10,237 nucleotides of DNA from Verrucomicrobiota bacterium. GTDB lineage: Bacteria; Verrucomicrobiota; Verrucomicrobiia; Limisphaerales; SXQI01. Every line of letters begins with the position of its first letter. The stretch's first letter is position 1. Positions 6,425 to 10,237 of this stretch are shown piece by piece. Made by a program: the position numbers and the translations under genes. Below the pieces are notes generated by a model. The model was given only the letters and a program-made list of their open reading frames with translations, was not told where the DNA came from and made no database searches. The DNA lies in NCBI GenBank assembly GCA_033762115.1, contig JANRLX010000082.1, forward strand, positions 1 to 10,237. The letters are read 5' to 3'.

Positions 6425-7388
6425 CCGCATTCTCGCGGTAATCGCCGAGAGTCAAACGATCTGCGTGGTGGGGCATATCCGGCCTGACGGGGATTGCATC
6501 GGCTCGCAACTGGGATTGACTTTGGCGTTGCAAAATGAAGGGAAGCAGGTGACCTGCTGGAACCAGGACCCGATCCCGGACAAGCTGAAGTTTCTTGATC
6601 CGAAAAAAATCGTGAGCCAGCCGAAAAAAGGGATGGAATTTGACCTGGTGATTGCCACGGATGCAGCGAGTTTTGAACGACTGGGGGAGGTGGGGGAATG
6701 CATCCAGCAACGGAGGCAGTTCATCAATATCGATCATCACGCGAGTAACACGCGGTATGCGGATATCAACTGGATCGCTGCAAAAGAACCTTCGACCGGG
6801 GAATTGATTTTTCGATTGCTGAAGGCGGCGAACTGGCCGATCACAGCGCCTATTTCGGATTGCCTGTTTACGGCGGTGTCGACGGACACCGGGTCGTTTC
6901 AGTATCCCTCAACCCGTCCCGGCACCTACCAGGTGGCTGGAGAGCTGGTGAAGCGTGGGGCTAATCTGGCGCGAATTTGTGATGAGGTGTATCAATCCTT
7001 TCCGCTGGGGCGGGTGCGATTGCTCAAGCATGTGTATAACACATTCCGGCTGACGCATAATAATCAGATTGCTTATTTTTGGCTGAAGAAATCGATTTAT
7101 TCGCGAACTGGAACAGAACCAAACGATAGTGAGGGATTGATTGATCATATCCGGGCGATCGACCCGGTGATTGTGGCGTGTGTGTTTGAGGAGCTTGAGG
7201 AGAACCTGACGCGGATCAGCCTGAGATCGAAAAGTGCGAATGTGGATGTGAATCAAATTGCCGGACAGTTCGGCGGCGGAGGCCATCCGGCTGCTGCCGG
7301 AGCGCGGATTGAAGGGACCCCACTGGCTGTGCAGCGGCGAGTGATCGCAGCGATCAAAAAAGCGCTCAAAGCTTCAGCCAAATCGTAA
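6399..7388 (+). CDS. nrnA: DHH/DHHA1 phosphoesterase, bifunctional oligoribonuclease/pAp phosphatase NrnA
   Basis: 329 aa with GHIRPDGDCIGS, IDHH, TDTGSF, ISLRS and GGGGHPAAAG. It sits in the usual position between rbfA and truB and overlaps rbfA by 26 nt. Confidence 0.92.
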   Translation: MKTHPKIIDRILAVIAESQTICVVGHIRPDGDCIGSQLGLTLALQNEGKQVTCWNQDPIPDKLKFLDPKKIVSQPKKGMEFDLVIATDAASFERLGEVGECIQQRRQFINIDHHASNTRYADINWIAAKEPSTGELIFRLLKAANWPITAPISDCLFTAVSTDTGSFQYPSTRPGTYQVAGELVKRGANLARICDEVYQSFPLGRVRLLKHVYNTFRLTHNNQIAYFWLKKSIYSRTGTEPNDSEGLIDHIRAIDPVIVACVFEELEENLTRISLRSKSANVDVNQIAGQFGGGGHPAAAGARIEGTPLAVQRRVIAAIKKALKASAKS

Positions 7389-7391
7389 GCC

Positions 7392-8108
7392 ATGCAGGAA
7401 TTCAAACCCTTTGACGGGGCGCTTCTTGTCGACAAGCCCCCCGGCCCCACTTCGCATGATGTGGTGGCGATTTTGCGCCGACGTTTTCAGATTGACAAGG
7501 TGGGGCATGCAGGGACGCTTGATCCTGGGGCAACGGGTTTGCTGATCATCCTGCTGGGGCGTGGCACAAAGTTGTCAGAAAAACTGATGGCTTCGGACAA
7601 GGTTTATGAGGGGACGATGAAGTTTGGGGAAACGACTGACAGCTATGATGCGGATGGGGAATTGGTGAGTTCGTTGCCGGTACCGCCGCTGACCATTGAT
7701 GAACTGAATGAAGCGGCAGGAGGATTCATCGGTGACATCATGCAAACGCCGCCGATGGTTTCAGCGGTCAAGCAAGGGGGTGTGCCGTTGTATAAACTGG
7801 CGCGCAAGGGGATCGAGGTGGAGCGGAAAGCCCGGCTGGTTCACATTTATAATTATCGTTTTACGAGCTACCAGGAACCGTTTGGCATTTTTCGGGTGGC
7901 GTGCACCAAGGGGACTTATGTCCGCAGCCTGGCCCATGAACTGGGGGAAAAGATCGGTTGCGGGGCTCACCTGACTGCGTTGCGCCGGATCACATCGGGA
8001 AAATTTGAAGTGGCGGATGCGACTCCGCTGGACACGCTGGTGACATTGAGTGAGCGGGAGTTGGAGAAGAAAATTATTCCGTTCCTGAAACTTGCCGCTG
8101 CGGAGTAA
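7392..8108 (+). CDS. truB: tRNA pseudouridine(55) synthase TruB (short form)
   Basis: 238 aa with DKPPGPTSHDVV, catalytic VGHAGTLDPGATGLL, QTPPMVSAVK, LYKLARKG and CTKGTYVRSLA. Confidence 0.97.
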   Translation: MQEFKPFDGALLVDKPPGPTSHDVVAILRRRFQIDKVGHAGTLDPGATGLLIILLGRGTKLSEKLMASDKVYEGTMKFGETTDSYDADGELVSSLPVPPLTIDELNEAAGGFIGDIMQTPPMVSAVKQGGVPLYKLARKGIEVERKARLVHIYNYRFTSYQEPFGIFRVACTKGTYVRSLAHELGEKIGCGAHLTALRRITSGKFEVADATPLDTLVTLSERELEKKIIPFLKLAAAE

Positions 8109-8118
8109 GACCATCGCG

Positions 8119-9054
8119 ATGCGAATCATCAGTGACCCAGGAGCATTGTTCGAGGGAGGGGAGAAATCCAGGCGGGTTGCGATTGCGATTGGAGTGTTTG
8201 ACGGGGTGCATCTCGGGCATCAGCAGGTGCTGAGGCAGGCGCTGGCAGATGCCCGACAACAGGGAGGGTACGCGGTCGCGGTAACGTTTGATCGTCATCC
8301 CAGCAGCATTGTGGCCCCTGAACGCGCACCGCTGCTGATTTATTCCCAGGAGCAAAAGCTGGAAAAGATCGGGGCTATGGGAATGGATGCGACCTGGGTG
8401 GTCGAATTTACAGCGGAGTTCGGCCGGATTAATGGAGAGAGTTTTGTGCGTGGGTTGAAGCGGGAATTTCCGGGTTTGTGCAGTGTTTGCGTGGGACACA
8501 ATTTCACTTTTGGGCATCAACGTTCAGGGAATGTGGAACTGCTTCGCCGGCTGGGAGGGGAGACTGGTTTTAACACTCATGGGCTTGCCTCGGTGTCATT
8601 GGATGGGGAAGTGGTCAGCAGCACCCGAATCCGTGAACAGATCAGGGAAGGGGACCTGGATGGTGCAAGCCAGATGCTGGGCCGACCTTATTCGATTAAA
8701 GCGCGTGTGATTACAGGAGACAAACTAGGGCGGCAGATTGGGTTTCCAACCGCGAACCTGGATGTGCGGGGATTGGTGACACCGCCTCATGGAGTTTACG
8801 CTGCTCATGTCCTTCACGGTGGCAAAAGCTGGAATGCAGCCATCAATATCGGGGTGCGTCCCACGATTGCGGGGCGTGGCGGAGAGCTTCGGTTGGAAGC
8901 TCACCTGCTGGATGCGAACCTTGACCTATATGGAGAACTGCTGGAGGTGCTTTTTGTTGCGCAGCTCAGGGAAGAGCGAAAATTCAGCAATGTGGAATTG
9001 CTGAAGGCGCAGATTGCCAGTGATGTGGCGGCTGCACGCAGACTCCTTCGGTAA
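8119..9054 (+). CDS. ribF: Bifunctional riboflavin kinase / FAD synthetase
   Basis: GVFDGVHLGH, TFDRHP, VGHNFTFG, VSSTRIRE, GRQIGFPTAN, NIGVRPT, EAHLLD and LREERKF. The ATG at 8119, just past the truB stop at 8108, is preferred over the TTG at 8092 inside truB. Confidence 0.96.
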   Translation: MRIISDPGALFEGGEKSRRVAIAIGVFDGVHLGHQQVLRQALADARQQGGYAVAVTFDRHPSSIVAPERAPLLIYSQEQKLEKIGAMGMDATWVVEFTAEFGRINGESFVRGLKREFPGLCSVCVGHNFTFGHQRSGNVELLRRLGGETGFNTHGLASVSLDGEVVSSTRIREQIREGDLDGASQMLGRPYSIKARVITGDKLGRQIGFPTANLDVRGLVTPPHGVYAAHVLHGGKSWNAAINIGVRPTIAGRGGELRLEAHLLDANLDLYGELLEVLFVAQLREERKFSNVELLKAQIASDVAAARRLLR

Positions 9055-9055
9055 C

Positions 9056-10237
9056 TCAGTCCTGAATGCAGTAGAGGTGTTGTGCAGTGCGGATAAACAG
9101 CTGTCCGTGGGCAGCCGGGATTGAGGAACGTACCGGGCCTTCACCCATTTTAACATAGGCTAGGACTTTGAATTCGTTGCCTGCTTCAAGGATGGCCACG
9201 GTGCCGCTTTCATCGATGCAATAGAGTTTATCGTCAGCGCCGGTTAATGAGGACCAGACTTCGCTGCGCAGGTCGAGTTTGCCCTGCCATTTTGTTTCAC
9301 CGCTCTTTGGGTCGAGGCAGGAAAGAATTTTGCGGCTTCCATCGAGAACGAACAGTTTGTCTTTGTAGAAGAGGGGTGTGCTCCAATCGGTGGGAGCATC
9401 CTTAAAGGCCCATGCCACATGGGATTGAGTGATGTCACCTTTACCGCCGGCTTTGATGGCGAAGACGGGATCGCGTTTCGGTGCGGAGGCGAAGATAAAG
9501 CCAGCGCCGGTCACAGGGGATGGAACGATGCGCCACCAGGGATCCTTGCGAGCGTTCAATCCCCCCGCACGCCAAAGCTCGGCGCCATTGCCAGCATCAT
9601 GACCGGTGATGTAATCGCCGCCGAGAACGATAATTTCAGTGCCGTTTGGGCCTTTGAATGGAATGGGTGTGGAGTAGGATTCCTGAGATTCCTTGATCGC
9701 GTCACTTGGGCGAACGTGACGCCAAAGTTCCTTTCCAGATTTGGAATCCAGACAGAGAAGGAAGGATTCGCGGGTTGGTTTGGTATCAATGGCATGAGCG
9801 TAATCCTCAGGCTGGCTGCGCTGGAGGACCTGCACGTAGATTTTGCCGTCATGGAGGAGAGGGCTTGAGCCGTAAAGCCACATGATGGCGAATTTGCCAT
9901 GAGTTTTGCCGATGTTCTGTTTCCAGAGTTCAGTACCATCAAAATCGAAGGCAGCGATATCGGAAGTACCGAACATGGCGACGACGATTTTCCCATCGGT
10001 GACGGGGGATGGAGAAGCCATGTTGTTGCGACCGACTTCGCGGTCGCCGATGCCGACGGTTTTTTGCCAGCGGACCGAGCCATCTTTTCGATTGATGGAG
10101 ATGAGAACAAGATTTTTGGATTTGTCAGGGCTGGTGAGGAACACGTGATCTTCCCAGATGATGGGAGTCGAACCGGCCTTGCCTGGGAGTTCAGTTTTCC
10201 ATGCGACTTTCTCGGTAGTGCTGAAGTTTGTGGGGAG
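9056..10237 (-). CDS. PQQ-like/BamB-family beta-propeller repeat protein (5'-partial, continues beyond the right edge)
   Basis: The frame stays open past the listed GTG at 10144 to the window edge, adding LPTNFSTTEKVAWKTELPGKAGSTPIIWEDHV. It has repeated 'GxxxW' blade ends (DGSVRW, DGTELW, SGKELW, NGAELW, SGETKW), SPSP/SSP/STP motifs and a C-terminal LFIRTAQHLYCI, typical of the expanded PVC family. Confidence 0.9.
   Translation of the reverse strand, partial: LPTNFSTTEKVAWKTELPGKAGSTPIIWEDHVFLTSPDKSKNLVLISINRKDGSVRWQKTVGIGDREVGRNNMASPSPVTDGKIVVAMFGTSDIAAFDFDGTELWKQNIGKTHGKFAIMWLYGSSPLLHDGKIYVQVLQRSQPEDYAHAIDTKPTRESFLLCLDSKSGKELWRHVRPSDAIKESQESYSTPIPFKGPNGTEIIVLGGDYITGHDAGNGAELWRAGGLNARKDPWWRIVPSPVTGAGFIFASAPKRDPVFAIKAGGKGDITQSHVAWAFKDAPTDWSTPLFYKDKLFVLDGSRKILSCLDPKSGETKWQGKLDLRSEVWSSLTGADDKLYCIDESGTVAILEAGNEFKVLAYVKMGEGPVRSSIPAAHGQLFIRTAQHLYCIQD

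Noticed and set aside
8092..8118. ribF start at TTG 8092 as given in the ORF track
   Set aside because: It lies inside truB. The ATG at 8119 gives the normal RibF N-terminal length.
10142..10144. GTG 10144 as the start of the beta-propeller gene
   Set aside because: The frame is open to the window edge and encodes the family motif WKTELPGKAGSTPIIW upstream, so the true start lies outside the window.
9056..10237. Calling the last gene true bamB or a PQQ dehydrogenase
   Set aside because: Only generic propeller repeats are visible. There is no bamB-der context, no dehydrogenase catalytic motif was recognised, and the family is highly paralogous in PVC bacteria.
1..10237. Mobile element, prophage, defence system, tRNA or rRNA; strong G-over-C skew on the + strand as a sign of foreign DNA
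   Set aside because: No transposase/integrase motifs, terminal repeats or cloverleaf were seen. The skew appears across the core genes as well and is consistent with leading-strand or codon bias.

Overview
Bacterial chromosomal window that is mostly core translation/ribosome-maturation genes. The + strand carries a small zinc-ribbon membrane protein (324-593), a stand-alone RsmH-family methyltransferase with an atypical basic N-terminal extension (705-1775), and the operon nusA-infB-rbfA-nrnA(DHH)-truB-ribF (1968-9054), which has no rimP in front of nusA. A PQQ/BamB-like beta-propeller gene on the - strand converges on ribF with a 1-nt gap and runs off the right edge. A divergent gene may start at 96 and run off the left edge. 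Gene order, protein style and scarce Shine-Dalgarno sites suggest a PVC-superphylum organism, most likely Verrucomicrobiota (inference from recall, not from a search). I found no mobile element, CRISPR array, tRNA/rRNA or defence system, and I cannot claim a new multi-gene system. The best leads are: a terminator-like attenuator in the rimP-less nusA leader; the orphan RsmH paralog of unknown substrate; an ~80-nt hairpin filling most of the spacer in front of that paralog; tandem TGT-N8-ACA dyads over a divergent -35 box; and a duplicated short motif plus low-complexity tracts in the IF2 N-terminus.
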